From NCBI GenBank assembly GCA_951406725.2, contig OX597828.1, positions 6,820,001 through 6,884,000 on the forward strand: DNA of 64,000 nucleotides, read 5' to 3'. This DNA comes from Octopus vulgaris (Eukaryota). Below the pieces are notes generated by a model. That model was not told where the DNA came from. It saw only the letters and a program-made list of their open reading frames with translations, and searched no databases. Positions 51,610-64,000 of this stretch are shown piece after piece (the stretch's first letter is position 1; every line of letters begins with the position of its first letter). Both the position numbers and the translations under genes were made by a program.

Positions 51610-52170
51610 ATATATATAAAACTGTGAATGTGTGTCTGTCTGTGTGTCTGACTGTCTGTGTGTTTCCCTAAAACTTGAGAACTACACAACCAATTTCCTT
51701 CAAATTTTTACACATGCCTTACTTAGGGTCCGGGGAGTGTCATCGGCCAAAAATTATTTTAACTTTTTGCCTAGGGCCAGCCCACAGCAATATGATATCT
51801 TCTTCACTACGATTCCCTAAAACTTGAGAACTACACAACCAATTCCATTCAAAATTTACACATGCCTTACTTAGAATCTATGTAGTTTCATGGGCAAAAC
51901 AAAAATGTTCAACTTCTTGCCTAGAGCGAGTCCATAGCAATATCATATCTGCTCCACTATTTCAGTATTACGTGTTAAAAGTGAAACAAAAACATTTCTC
52001 TATTTTATGTCAGATACTTACACGTTAACAATAAAAATAATAATAACAATTGAATTATATGTAGTAAGTAATAATTAAAATCAAACTGAAGTATAATATA
52101 ATCGTACCATAACAAAAGTAAAAATAGCAATTGATATAAAATTGCATCAATGACTTGAACTTGAATAAGT
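51610..52170 (+). mobile_element. Non-autonomous Helitron-like element with ~150-bp internal tandem duplication
   Basis: TATATATAAAACTGTGAATGTGTGTCTGTC start. CCCTAAAACTTGAGAACTACACAACCAATT..TTCAAA.TT.ACACATGCCTTACTTAG at about 51666 and 51815. Right limit uncertain. Confidence 0.7.
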
Positions 52171-52570
52171 GGTTTCACATGAATGGGAATAAATTAAAAA
52201 TAAAATTCGAAAATTGTCTCGGTAAATCCGCCACAATAGAAGCAAGGTTCGAGTCAACGGTTGCAAAGTGGAAATATTTTAATTTTACCTTTATATTTGG
52301 GACGTAGGATGTCCCGGATAAAAATTTAAAATGTCCTCCCAGAAGTAGAGGTAGGCTGGATAGTAGCCACACTTCTATACAAGAGGGAGGACAAGATACA
52401 ATTGATCGAAATTACAAGAGACGGGCTAACAATTCCAGTCTGTTATATATTTTGAGTATTGTTATCACTAGCGATATCAAGATACAACTTTGTATTTTGT
52501 ATTTTATGTGTAGATGTATATATAGATGTATATGTAATATGTATACATATATATACACATATATATATGC

Positions 52571-52609
52571 ACTAGCACTATGACCCGGCAACGACGGGTC
52601 ATAATGCTA

Positions 52610-52611
<2 letters not shown>
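52571..52611. other. 41-bp palindrome with a Helitron-like CTAG end on both strands, inside (TA)n
   Basis: ACTAGCACTATGACCCG-GCAACGA-CGGGTCATAATGCTAGT: 17-bp arms with 1 mismatch. Confidence 0.8.
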
Positions 52612-52645
<34 letters not shown>

Positions 52646-52730
52646 GTATATATATATATATATATACACATATATATATACATGTATATACATATATATA
52701 CATATATATATATACAAATATATATATATA

Positions 52731-53000
<270 letters not shown>

Positions 53001-53037
53001 AAAAAATTATGCCGAGATCTGTGCTCCAACATGGTAA

Positions 53038-53092
<55 letters not shown>

Positions 53093-53188
53093 CATATGTA
53101 TATATGAATATATATATATATATACACAGGCACAAACATATTTGTATGTATGTAATATATATATATATACATATATTTATATACATAT

Positions 53189-53219
<31 letters not shown>

Positions 53220-53224
53220 GATAT

Positions 53225-53293
<69 letters not shown>

Positions 53294-53539
53294 CATATTG
53301 ATAGATAGAGATATACATATTGAGTGAGTGATACAGAGGTGTAGGTATGCAGATGAAGACAATTAGGCTCGACATATGTTCGTGTGTGTGTGTGCCTCTG
53401 CCTGGGCGCGTGTTTGTTTAGATACCTCGTCTTTAAACACCTGTTTTCGTGTCTCGTATTTCCTGAGTTTCTTAGAGGCTCTTTTCTTTTTCGTTTTTTT
53501 CGTTTTGAGGTACTTTTTTCTGTCACTTACCATTGGATT

Positions 53540-53960
53540 ATATCTAATATTTCCGTATTTTAATATTCCCATATTCCTATCTTCCAGTATTCTCACATAC
53601 CAATATTCCAATATTTCAAGATCCAGCACTCCAAGTTTCCAACTTATATTTGAATGTTTCTATATTCCAATATTCCAGTATTCTTATATTCCAATTTCCC
53701 AATATTCTGACATACCAACGTTCCAATATTTCAACGTTCCAGTACTACGTGTTTCCAAGATTCCAATATTCCAGTTTTTCAAAATACAAAAATTCCACTG
53801 TTCTGACATACTAATATTCTAATATTTCCAGTCTCCAATACTTCAAGATTCCAACTTACTAACATTCCAATATTCCACCATTCCGACATAGCAAAATATC
53901 CATTATTCTAACTGTCCAATATTCTGCAATTCCAACATTCAACATTTCCATAATTCTATG
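53540..53960. repeat. Degenerate (ATTCCAAT)n 8-mer minisatellite
   Basis: Recurrent TTCCAATATTCCA units. Confidence 0.8.
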
Positions 53961-54029
53961 TTGTCTCAACTTTTTGGCAAATGAATTATTCATGTAAAAC
54001 TAAATGGAAATCTTAAGAATTTTCTTGTA

Positions 54030-55096
54030 ACTGTTACCGCTATTGTTGCTATTGTTGTTGTTGCTGTTGGTGGTGGTGGTGGTGGCTTCGGCGGTGGCGG
54101 CGGTGGTGGTGTGCTATCGCCACTGCTGCTGCTATTGCTGCTGATGGTGTTGTTGATGTCACGATGTTACAATGTTAAGTTGTTCATGTTGGTGATGCTG
54201 TTGTTGCTGCTACTGGTGGTGTTGGTGATGATGATGATGATGCTTGTGTTTTCATTGCTGTTGTTTTTCGACTTCTTTCTTTCTTTCATTGTTTTATTGT
54301 TTATTCTTCTTGTTTTTTTTCTTCTTTCGAAAATGTACTTCTGTCATTCTCTATCTCCTTGCTGTTGATGTTGTTGTTGTTGCTGTTGCTGTTGAGGCAG
54401 CGGTGGCGATGTTCTTGATGCAGTTGTTGCTGTTGCTGTTGTAGATTTTCTTGTTGTTGTTGTTGTTGTTGTTGTTGTTGCTGTTGTGCCAGCAGTGGCG
54501 ATGTTCTTATTACAGTTGTTGATGTTGCTCTTGTTTTTCTTCTTGTTGTTTTTGGTGGTGGTGTTGTTGTTGTTGTGGCGGCGGCGGCGGCGGCGGTCGT
54601 GTTGGTGGTGGTGGCGGTGGTTGTGGTTGTGGTGGTGATGGTGGTGGTGGTGGTGGTGGTGGTGATAGTGGTGGTGATAGTGGTGGTGGGGTGGTGGTGA
54701 TGGGGGCTAATAGCGGTGGTGGTGGCGGTGATAGTGGTGATAGTGGTGATAGTGGTGGTGATGATAGTAGTGATAGTGGTGGTGGTGGTGGTGGTGATAA
54801 TGGTGATAGTGGTGGTGGTGGTGGTGGTGGTGGTAATGTTTTTGCAGTTAGATTGCTGATGGTGTTGTTAATAGCTGCTGCTGTTGCTGCTGCTGCCGTT
54901 GATATTGATGTTGTTATTTTATGTTATGGTGCTGTTACTACCCAGTTGCTGGAATGATTACGAGAGGATATTAGGGGTGGCGGCGGCGGCGGTGGGGTGC
55001 TGGTGGCCATAATTATTATTGCTATTGTTGACAACTTTTATTGTTGCTATGGTTATGCAAATAAATTTCACTGTTATTGTTGTTGCTATGGTTCCC

Positions 55097-55146
<50 letters not shown>

Positions 55147-55225
55147 GGTGGTGTTCGTGACCACTGGTGATGTTGGAGATGGTGATGGTGTTTGGTGGCG
55201 ATGGTGGTGGTGGTGGTGGTGGTTA
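54030..55225. repeat. (GTT/GGT/GCT/GAT)n low-complexity tract
   Basis: Seen directly. Confidence 0.9.
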
Positions 55226-55472
55226 ATTTCAGACAATCTTAGTATCGGTTCCATTATATTCCATCAAGCCAAATCTGATAAAATAGCTCCAGCTGTGACC
55301 ATCCAGTTTAATTTGTTATGATATTAGGTAGCGGCTTAAGTAATTTACGTTGTAATTCCTAGCACCTTGAAGAACCATGTTCAATATCCCTTGGTAGATT
55401 AGCCAGTTGAGTACCAAACATGCCCAACAATTCATAGGAAACACATTGTTGTCGTCTGTGCTTAATTAAACT

Positions 55473-55780
55473 GGCACTCCGTCGGTTGCGACGACGAGTG
55501 TTCCAGTTGATTGGATCAACCGAACAGCTTGCTCGTGAAATTGAAGTGTAAGTAGCTGAGCACTCCACAGACCCGTGTAACCTTTATGTAGTTCCTATGG
55601 AGATTCAGCGTGAGACAGAATGTGGCTAGGCTGGCCCTTCAAAAACCGGGTACTACTCATTTTTAACAGCTGGAGCAATGTGAAATTATGTACTTTTATT
55701 CAAGGACACAATGCACCACCGGGAATCGAACTCACAATCTTACGATCGCAAGCTGGATTCTCTACTTAATTAACAAGCGT
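55473..55780 (-). mobile_element. tRNA-headed SINE family D
   Basis: GGGAATCGAACTC (reverse B-box) and CAAGGACACAATG at right; TGGCACTCCGTCGGTTGCGACGACGAG tail at left. Confidence 0.7.
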
Positions 55781-55987
55781 GATAAATCACATTATATTTT
55801 ACGCCCCATTATACCTCAACCCAAAACTGACCGAACTCCTCTAACCCCGTCTGCTCTCCTCTTGCCAAGATTAAGAGAAATAGCAGATCGTTGGATAAAA
55901 GTATCAAGGTATTATTACGTTCTGAGTTCAAATCTCACCACTGAGTTCAAATCTCATTTCGTTATTTCATGGTCAATGAATCTCATG

Positions 55988-56225
55988 TGAAGGCTCCTGG
56001 CCTAGTGGTTTAGGTTTTCACAGAATTGTGGCGGCTTCGAATCCAGGACCGGGCGGTGCGTTGAGTTTTTGAGCAAAGTTTTGAGCAAATTTCACGTTGT
56101 TTTAGTTCACAAAGATGTTAATGTGTTACTCTGCAATGGACTTGGGTCCCGTTCGGAAGTAATGTCGTAATCTAGGTAACTTACACGCCACGGAAACCGA
56201 GTAATCAGCCCTGTGAGTGCTAGGT
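55988..56225 (+). mobile_element. SINE family C, diverged
   Basis: TGGCCTAGTGGTT..GG, TTCGAATCCAGGACCGGGCG, CTGCAATGGACT, GGAAACCG as at 13468. Confidence 0.7.
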
Positions 56226-56598
56226 ATGGAGACAGTGATATCCAGGTCATGGAGCTCATTGACTTTATCATCTCCAGGAATATTCTGGTCTTATGACTAG
56301 GTTATTAGATAGTTGATTTGATAGTTAGTTAATTAGTTAGTAAGTTAGTTAGTTAGTTAGTCACTTTGTATGCTAGTTAGTCTGTTTGCTAGTTAGCTAC
56401 ATAGCAAGTGAATCGAGAATCTATTAGCATTCAAGACATGTCTTTTCCATTCCTCTCTCTCATTTATGAGCTTTTCGAGCTCTTGCATAGGGCATCCAAT
56501 GTCTTCTAACAATTGGTTTCCATAATTTTTTGCTGGTCTAGTCTTTCTCTTTCGCCATAAGAATATTACCACAAAAGAAATTCGGTTTCTGTCTTAGA

Positions 56599-56810
56599 CA
56601 GTAGTTCTCAATTAGGGTCCATATGACCCTTGGGGGCCCTTGTAATATTTTGTGGGATCTATGCAAGCAAAATAGTAACTTGGGTGCCTACATTGGTATT
56701 TTGGAGGTCCATGAAAAACTTTGACTTTAGACGTACTTATCGCAATAAACAACTAGGTTTCTTTTTCTAACACTTAACATAGTTCAACAAAATAGTGTAC
56801 GAAACCAGCA
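56599..56810. mobile_element. hAT MITE fragment related to 38429-38765, opposite orientation
   Basis: CAGTAGTTCTCAA..AGGGTCCATATGACCCTTGGGG. Confidence 0.65.
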
Positions 56811-56994
56811 GAGTTGCATCAACCACGAGGCTCACATTGAAATAGCGCTAAAGCAGGATCTTTAAAAACTATGTTCTTGTATATTTATGAATTATTTTAT
56901 AATTCCTTAGAATTTAGTCAGTTATTAATAGTTACGTGCAATAAACTGGTTGTACTTCTACAAAAACAAAAACTTTTTTACAAATTTCTAATGT

Positions 56995-57134
56995 CTGTGT
57001 GGTAAATAGCTTGCTTACCAACCACGTGGTTCCGGGTTCAGTCACACGGCGTGGCACCTTAGGCAAGTGTCTTCTACTATACCCTCGGATCGACCAAAGC
57101 CTTGTGAGTTGATTTGGTATACGGAAACTGAAAG
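56995..57134 (+). mobile_element. SINE family A 5' part
   Basis: TGTGGTAAATAGCTTGCTTACCAACCACGTGGTTCCGGGTTCAGTC. Confidence 0.85.
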
Positions 57135-57256
57135 ATATACATTGATATTATTGCGCTTTTGTTGGGTGTCAGTAATGTTGTAGGTATTGCTGTTTCTGTC
57201 GTTGTTATTGTCGTTCTTGCTGTTTCTCGTAGCATTTGTTGTTGTTGTTGTTGTTT

Positions 57257-57838
57257 CTTCTTCTTCTTCTTCTTCTTCTTCTTCTTCTTCTTCTTCTTCT
57301 TCTTCTTCTTCTTCTTCTTCTTCTTCTTCTTCTTCTTCTTCTTCTTCTTCTTCTTCTTCCAATCATGACTCAGGCCATTAACCACAAAAAATAATCTCTA
57401 ATCCGAGCCTACTCTAAGCTACAAAGAATGCGTGTGGCAACTTGAAGATCCACCCACCACACGCGATAGACTGGCGGTTGCACTGGCGCGAAAGCTACGT
57501 TGTTATCCTGATTCTGTTAGCGGTGGCTTTTAACGGGTGGAGAGCTGAACCATCCTGGGGTACAGAGGATCCGCAATCTTGACTAGGGTCTGAAAGTTTT
57601 ACTGCACCATATTGGGTTACACCATGGTTCCTCTGCTTTGTGGCAGAAGTAGGAAGAAAGAGTGAGAGAAAGTCGTGGTGAAAGAGTACAGCGGGGTTCA
57701 CCACCACCACCACCCCGCCGGAGCCTCGTGGAGCTTAGGTGCTTTTGCTCAATAAACACACAATGCCCGGTTTGGGAATCAAAACCGTGTTCTTACGACC
57801 GCGAGTCCGCTGCCCTAACCACTGGGCCAATGCGCCTC
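57257..57838 (-). mobile_element. tRNA-headed SINE (family C2 head) followed by a different body and a (GAA)n tract
   Basis: 57660-57838 matches 22097-22270 in reverse. (TTC)n at 57257-57360 would be the 3' tail. Confidence 0.65.
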
Positions 57839-58299
57839 TACTTGTTGTTGGTGATGATGATGTTGCTGATGTTGTTGTTGTTGTCGTCGGTGTTTCCGTT
57901 GTCAATATCTGGTGACAGTCGCATCGATGCCAGTTGTCATTTGGAGGTTCTTGATCACGTTCAAGTTGCAACAGTTGCTATTTTGTGGTTGTGGTTGTTG
58001 TTGTTGTTGTTGTAGATTGTCCAGAACTTGGAATCAGTAATTAACACTCATAGCACAGCAAGCCGATGCAAATTACGACATCTGCGAGAGAATTTAATGA
58101 ATAGTACAATTATTTCTTGATTTTATTTTCTAATTAATTATCGCACACAACACAGTTGTGACATCCAACTTCATTCTCTTATTTTACTGTGAAAATTTCT
58201 TTCTTCTTTCTTTATTTCTCTTCTTTATTTTTTTCTACTTCTTCACTTACTACTGCAGCTGCTGCTGCTGCTGCTGCTACTATTACTGCTACTGCTACA

Positions 58300-58491
58300 G
58301 ATTATTGTTATCATCATCATTATATCATCATCAGCAACAGGTATGATAATCATCACCATTATCATCGTCGTCGTTGTCATCACTATCACCATCACCACCA
58401 CCATCATCATCATCATCATCATTATCATCATCAGCATCAGCATCATCGCTATCATCATTCCCATCATCATCACCACCACCACCATCATCAT

Positions 58492-58553
<62 letters not shown>

Positions 58554-58660
58554 CTATCATCATTCCCATCATCATCACCACCACCACCACCACCATCATT
58601 ATCATCGTCGACGTTGTCATCATCATCATCGTCAACGCCGTCGTCATCATCATCGTTATT
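58300..58660. repeat. (CAT/CAC)n tract
   Basis: Seen directly. Confidence 0.9.
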
Positions 58661-58843
58661 ACACTCATTAACCTGGTGGGGGTTCTGCGACTTGGTATGT
58701 TCCCTCTGATCTTCAGTTGAGTATTGGTTTGTATGTAAAACATGTCCATAGTGCTGTCTAGCGATTTTTGATAGGATATTTATGCTTTCTACTTGCTCCG
58801 CTGCGTCCTACGAATATAAAATTACCACAAGCGAAATCATTTG

Positions 58844-59140
<297 letters not shown>

Positions 59141-59254
59141 CATTTTGTATTTATGCAGACTTGTAAGTAACTTATTTATTAAATATAAAATATATTATGT
59201 ACGTTATGTACAAGCTTTTCAGTTACGAAACAATTTGTGATATTCAAATATATA

Positions 59255-59303
<49 letters not shown>

Positions 59304-59306
<3 letters not shown>

Positions 59307-59682
59307 GGTGTTGGACAAAATGTTGAAAATACCCACCATCATAGCATCATAATTTTGAAATATATTTAAAACCGTCAAAACCTTGTTTATTTTTATGTTA
59401 TTTGATTTATTAGTGTTGCTTAATATGTTTTGCTAAAATTGCTGTTTCTTTTCAGATATCATCGGAAAAGGTAATAAAAATTCATTAAAATGACAGATCT
59501 ATCGAACTTTCAAAGAGGTCAAATTGTTGGTGCTCGTATGTCAGGCGCTAGCATAACGAAAACAGACGAAATGTTTGGTGTATCAAGAAGTTCTGTCTCA
59601 TAAGTAATGACAGCCTTTGAGAAAGGAAAACACCACCTCATCGAAACGAAACTACGGAAGAAAACCAAAACTTTCAGATAGG
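59304..59682 (+). mobile_element. Tc1-like element 5' end: TIR plus N-terminal HTH of the transposase
   Basis: CAGGTGTTGGACAAAAT terminus after (TA)n. From 59490: MTDLSNFQRGQIVGARMSGASITKTDEMFGVSRSSVS*VMTAFEKG, then SKRNYGRKPKLSDR. Confidence 0.88.
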
Positions 59683-60001
59683 CAGGATGTTCTTTGTCTA
59701 TCTCCTTAACTTCTTGGAGATTTTAGGCAAAATTATAGTAATGTGTCCATCTGTTTTTAATTTAATTAAATTCTATGTCTTTGTGCAGCTGAGGATTGCT
59801 CTGCATTTAAATTGCAGTAATGGTTGCATTGTTCAATTAAATGGAGTTACGTGGAATGATCGTACTGCATTACCTCTGGATATCCTTGTTGCTTATTTTG
59901 ATTGTAATAACCTTATTTTGAAATTGTATGGATAATACCGTACTAAATTCTGGTGCCTCCACTTAAGTACTATTTTCATCTGAATCTAAATTTCTGCTGA
60001 A

Positions 60002-60064
<63 letters not shown>

Positions 60065-60086
60065 ATGTATATATTTTTTCTTTTAT

Positions 60087-60303
60087 TCACTTACTTTCAT
60101 TTGTGTCAGTCATTTGACTGCGGGCATGCTGGAGCACCGCCCTTAATCGAACAAATCGACGCCAGTAGTTATTCTTTGTCAGCCTAGTACTTATTCCATC
60201 GATCATGTTTGCCAAACCGCTAAGTTAACCTGACGTGAACACGCCAACATCGGTTGTCAAGTGATGTGAAGGGAAAACACAGACGCACAAATACATACAT
60301 ATT

Positions 60304-60343
<40 letters not shown>

Positions 60344-60364
60344 AATACATTCCTACATACATAT

Positions 60365-60441
<77 letters not shown>

Positions 60442-60646
60442 AATTTAAAAAATGGAGAAATGCACCTTAATCAATAATCAACTACCAGATAATACCCAAT
60501 CACATAATTTATTAACCCACTACATATGAACATCAAGGTCAAACATAATAGTATGGAACAAAACAATGCACATCAATAAGTAATATGATACAATAAGTAC
60601 AATATGTATAAGTGAATATAAATAAATATAAATATATATATATATG

Positions 60647-60680
<34 letters not shown>

Positions 60681-60843
60681 CGAAAGGCTTCTTTCGGTTT
60701 CGTCTACCAAATCCACTCACAAGGCTTTGGTCGGCCCGAGACTACAGTAGAAGACACTTGCTCAGGGTGATATGCAGTGGGACTGAACCCAGAACCATGT
60801 GGTTGGGGAGCAGGCTTCTTACAACACGGCTACTCTTGCACCT

Positions 60844-60844
<1 letters not shown>
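60087..60844 (-). mobile_element. SINE family A split by an expanded internal microsatellite and insert
   Basis: 3' half at 60087-60290 and 5' half at 60678-60844. Confidence 0.8.
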
Positions 60845-60933
<89 letters not shown>

Positions 60934-61001
60934 TAGATAGATAGATTACGTAGTTCTACTTGCATAGCAAGTGACCTGATTTAAGATTGTATGCTAAAAA
61001 G

Positions 61002-61141
61002 AACAATTGCAGCTTGGAAGATGCTTATAAGCCACTTAAAATACACAAAACCATTAGATTAACTTAAATTTAAATTTAAATGTTGAAGTGTATGTAATGG
61101 TTTTTAAATGGCTTCTGAATAGCTTCCACGCTGCAATTGTT
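61002..61141. mobile_element. Small palindromic MITE-like remnant
   Basis: AACAATTGCAGCTTGGAAG...AAGCCA.TTAAA..AAACCATTA pairs with TAATGGTTT..AAATGGCTT...CTTCCACGCTGCAATTGTT. Confidence 0.7.
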
Positions 61142-61391
61142 TATATATATATATAGAGAGAGAGAGGGGGGGAGAAAGAGCGAGAGAGAAAGAGAGACGA
61201 CGATGACACGCAAGGGGCAAGTCAATCAGATATCGTGTTAGTTTAACAATTAAACAAGAAAGGAAAGTGCCTCGACGTTTCGGACGCAGGTGTTTCGTCA
61301 AAACAATATTAGAATATGACTGTCATTCATTTATTTCTATGTTGTATATACATGCTGCATATGTGTGTGTGAGAGTGGGTGTATGTGTGTA

Positions 61392-61468
<77 letters not shown>

Positions 61469-62774
61469 AAATGGTGATTATAAAATTGTTTGGTTAACGT
61501 GCTGATTTGGTGGTTTAAGAACACAACAAACAGCAGCGTAATAATTGATGTTATGTTCTTTTTTACATAAAACATTGAGCGAAGCATGATTTAAGGCTAC
61601 ATATTCTATACAAAACGTAAAGCATGTATATATTCATGTATATATATATATATATATGCATGTATATATATATATATATATGCATACACACGTATATGTG
61701 TGTGTGCGTTTACATAAATGCAAACGCACAAATAAATACATGCATACACGCATATTCATATATACTATCACAAAGGTGCAACACTATGTGTGTATACGCA
61801 TATATGCTTTACCATATGAATATACTTAAGCTACTCGCAACACACACACATACATGCATATTTCCATATATATACATATACATACACATATATATATATA
61901 CATATATATATACATATAGACACACACACATATATATATACAACTTGCAATTTTAATAAAATATCTCGCAAAAATTTGCCTTTGTCTGTTAAACAGTTTA
62001 GGCGTGAAAATTATAAAGAAAATTCCTGCACAAGAACAAAATCTAAACACACCGATGATTCCTCTTGAAAATATTAGATTAAAGACGTGAATAAGCAAAA
62101 CGATGTATAGGTCATTGTTAATAACTGGTTCTAAACTGGTTGGTGTATGAAAGTTAATGAAAAATGTCTCGGTAGGTTTTTGCTTCTTTTCTTTTTTAAA
62201 CAGAGAGGCAAGCAAAGATTACAAATGAATCTGTGAGGATGCGAGCGCTTCCTTTTGTGTATGTGTGTGTGTATTTGTGTGTATGCGTATGCATTTGTGT
62301 GTGTGTGTGTGTGTGTGTGTGTTTGTGGGTGATTGAGGAAACGGGAGAGAGAGTGAGAACGAGAGAGTTGAATGGATAATAATCAATATTTTAGTGAGAT
62401 AAATTGCGTAAACAACGAAGTACTTATATTTTCTTTATATGACTATGCATATGTGTGTGTATGTGTATGTATACATGGTGAATGTGCTTGTATATATACC
62501 ATTATGTCTTTATATATGTGTGTGTATGTGCGTTCGCGTGTGTGTATGCATGTATTTAGGTATCTATGTTTCAATGTATTTATATGTATGTATATGTTAA
62601 GTGCGCTCAAAAATTTCATTGAAGCGGGAACTAAGTATTTTATTTATAACAATTTTACAAGAACTCAAGGAGCAATAGCATCAAGATCGGTCTTGATACT
62701 TCGCCAAAGAGGGTGCCATAATATGATTTACTCATCCGTTTAAAAACAATCACAAACAAGCAAATTAAATATAG

Positions 62775-63380
62775 TTCGCCGGGTTCTGAGTTCAGTCTCA
62801 CTGCGTGGCACCTTGGGGAAGTGTCTTCTAATATAAGCTCGTAAGTGAATTTGGTTGACGGAAACTGAAAGAAGACTGTCGTATGCATATGTATGCATAT
62901 GTGTGTGACTTTGTGTCTTTGTGTCTGTGTTTGTTCCCTCATCACTGCTTGATAACCAGTGTTGGTGTGTTTACGTCCTCGTAAATTAGCGGTTCGGCAG
63001 AATAGTTGTGAAAGACATGGCTGGACCTCAGGTAGAAAGAAGGATAAAAGATACGAGTATTCTCAGATACCATATTTGGCCTAACTGTTTGCAATACAGT
63101 AGACTCTATCGATAGGTAATCATTTGCCCTGTGGTAATCTTTTAATAAGCGATAGATTAAGCCATGGCTACGACTTCTTTGATTATAAATTTGTTCAGAC
63201 ATCGTACAAATCAACAATAACAAGTTCTCTGTAGGGTGAATTGTGTGGTAAGAAATTTGCTTTCCAGCCAACTGGTTCCTGGTTCAGTCTCACTGTGTGG
63301 CAACTTAGGCAGGTGTCTTCTGCCATAGCCTTAGACCGACCAAAGCCTTGCGAGTGGATTTGGTAGGAGGAAACTGTGGT
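62775..63380 (+). mobile_element. Two SINE family A copies (62775-63005 and 63235-63380)
   Basis: GTTCAGTCTCACTG.GTGGCA.CTT.GG and GGAAACTG motifs occur twice. Confidence 0.8.
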
Positions 63381-63449
63381 GTACATATGTGTGTGTGTGG
63401 TGTGTGTGTACTGTGAGTGTATGTGGTGCGTGCGTGTGTGAGTGTGTAT

Positions 63450-63480
<31 letters not shown>

Positions 63481-63483
<3 letters not shown>

Positions 63484-63857
63484 ATATAAACGGCAGTTTG
63501 TCTGTGCGTGTTTCTGTGTGTCTGTTTGCTTGTACCCTCACCCTGACCACGGCTTTCAACCGATTCTGATGAAACTTGACACACACATAGCCCAATGTCA
63601 TAATTCAAAACTAACACAGCGAAAATTTTGAAAAGTTCCCCCAGTTCTGAAAAAAATCGATAAATTCGACATGGGGTCGAGAATCAGAAACACAAACCGC
63701 AAACTGTCTAGGGGACGCAACTCCACCTTTTTTTACTCTCAAACAAAATTTACCATCATTTTTTTCCATTTTTTTGCTATTTTTTGGCTATAACTCTCTA
63801 AAAATGCTTTATAGTTATTTCCCTTACAAACCTGAGCAACGCCGGGCAATACTGCTA

Positions 63858-63858
<1 letters not shown>
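63481..63858 (+). mobile_element. Complete non-autonomous Helitron
   Basis: A|TC 5' end, subterminal CCTGAGCAACGCCGGG hairpin, CTAG|T 3' end, no TSD, inserted in (TA)n. Confidence 0.9.
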
Positions 63859-63915
<57 letters not shown>

Positions 63916-64000
63916 GTATATATGTATATATATATTTATATATATCATTGCTATTATATTTAACTGTCGTATTTCCAAATTTGCCCAAATGCGTTTTTTT

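Noticed and set aside
59456-59470. 15-nt micro-exon TTTTCAG|ATATCATCGGAAAAG|GTAATA
   Set aside because: Lies within the Tc1 5' region. It also shows that such patterns arise without function, which lowers confidence in the other micro-exon calls.

Overview
AT-rich, repeat-saturated animal genomic DNA, intronic or intergenic in character. The repeat families, recognised from memory and not database-checked, point to an octopus or other coleoid cephalopod genome. There is no intact long protein-coding ORF, and almost all ORFs in the track are microsatellite translations. The window holds dense microsatellites and several tRNA-headed SINE families (two copies with clear 15-16 bp TSDs). It also has 5'-truncated retroposon tails sitting in (AAT)n (Dong/R4-like), a Penelope-like GIY-YIG remnant, and short repeats carrying hammerhead-like motifs. 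DNA elements include a near full-length decayed mariner plus mariner/Tc1 fragments, hAT MITEs (one with an 8-bp TSD), non-autonomous Helitrons, and several long foldback elements. A few short candidate exons, including 9-12 nt micro-exons, suggest the window may lie inside a large gene, but I cannot identify it. Most notable: hammerhead-like mini-repeats in (TA)n, a TTAGGG-containing TIR element with a ~38-bp flanking duplication, a composite foldback whose two arms both carry a retroposon fragment, and many long inverted repeats. I see no convincing new multi-gene system. SINE family labels A-E are my own.
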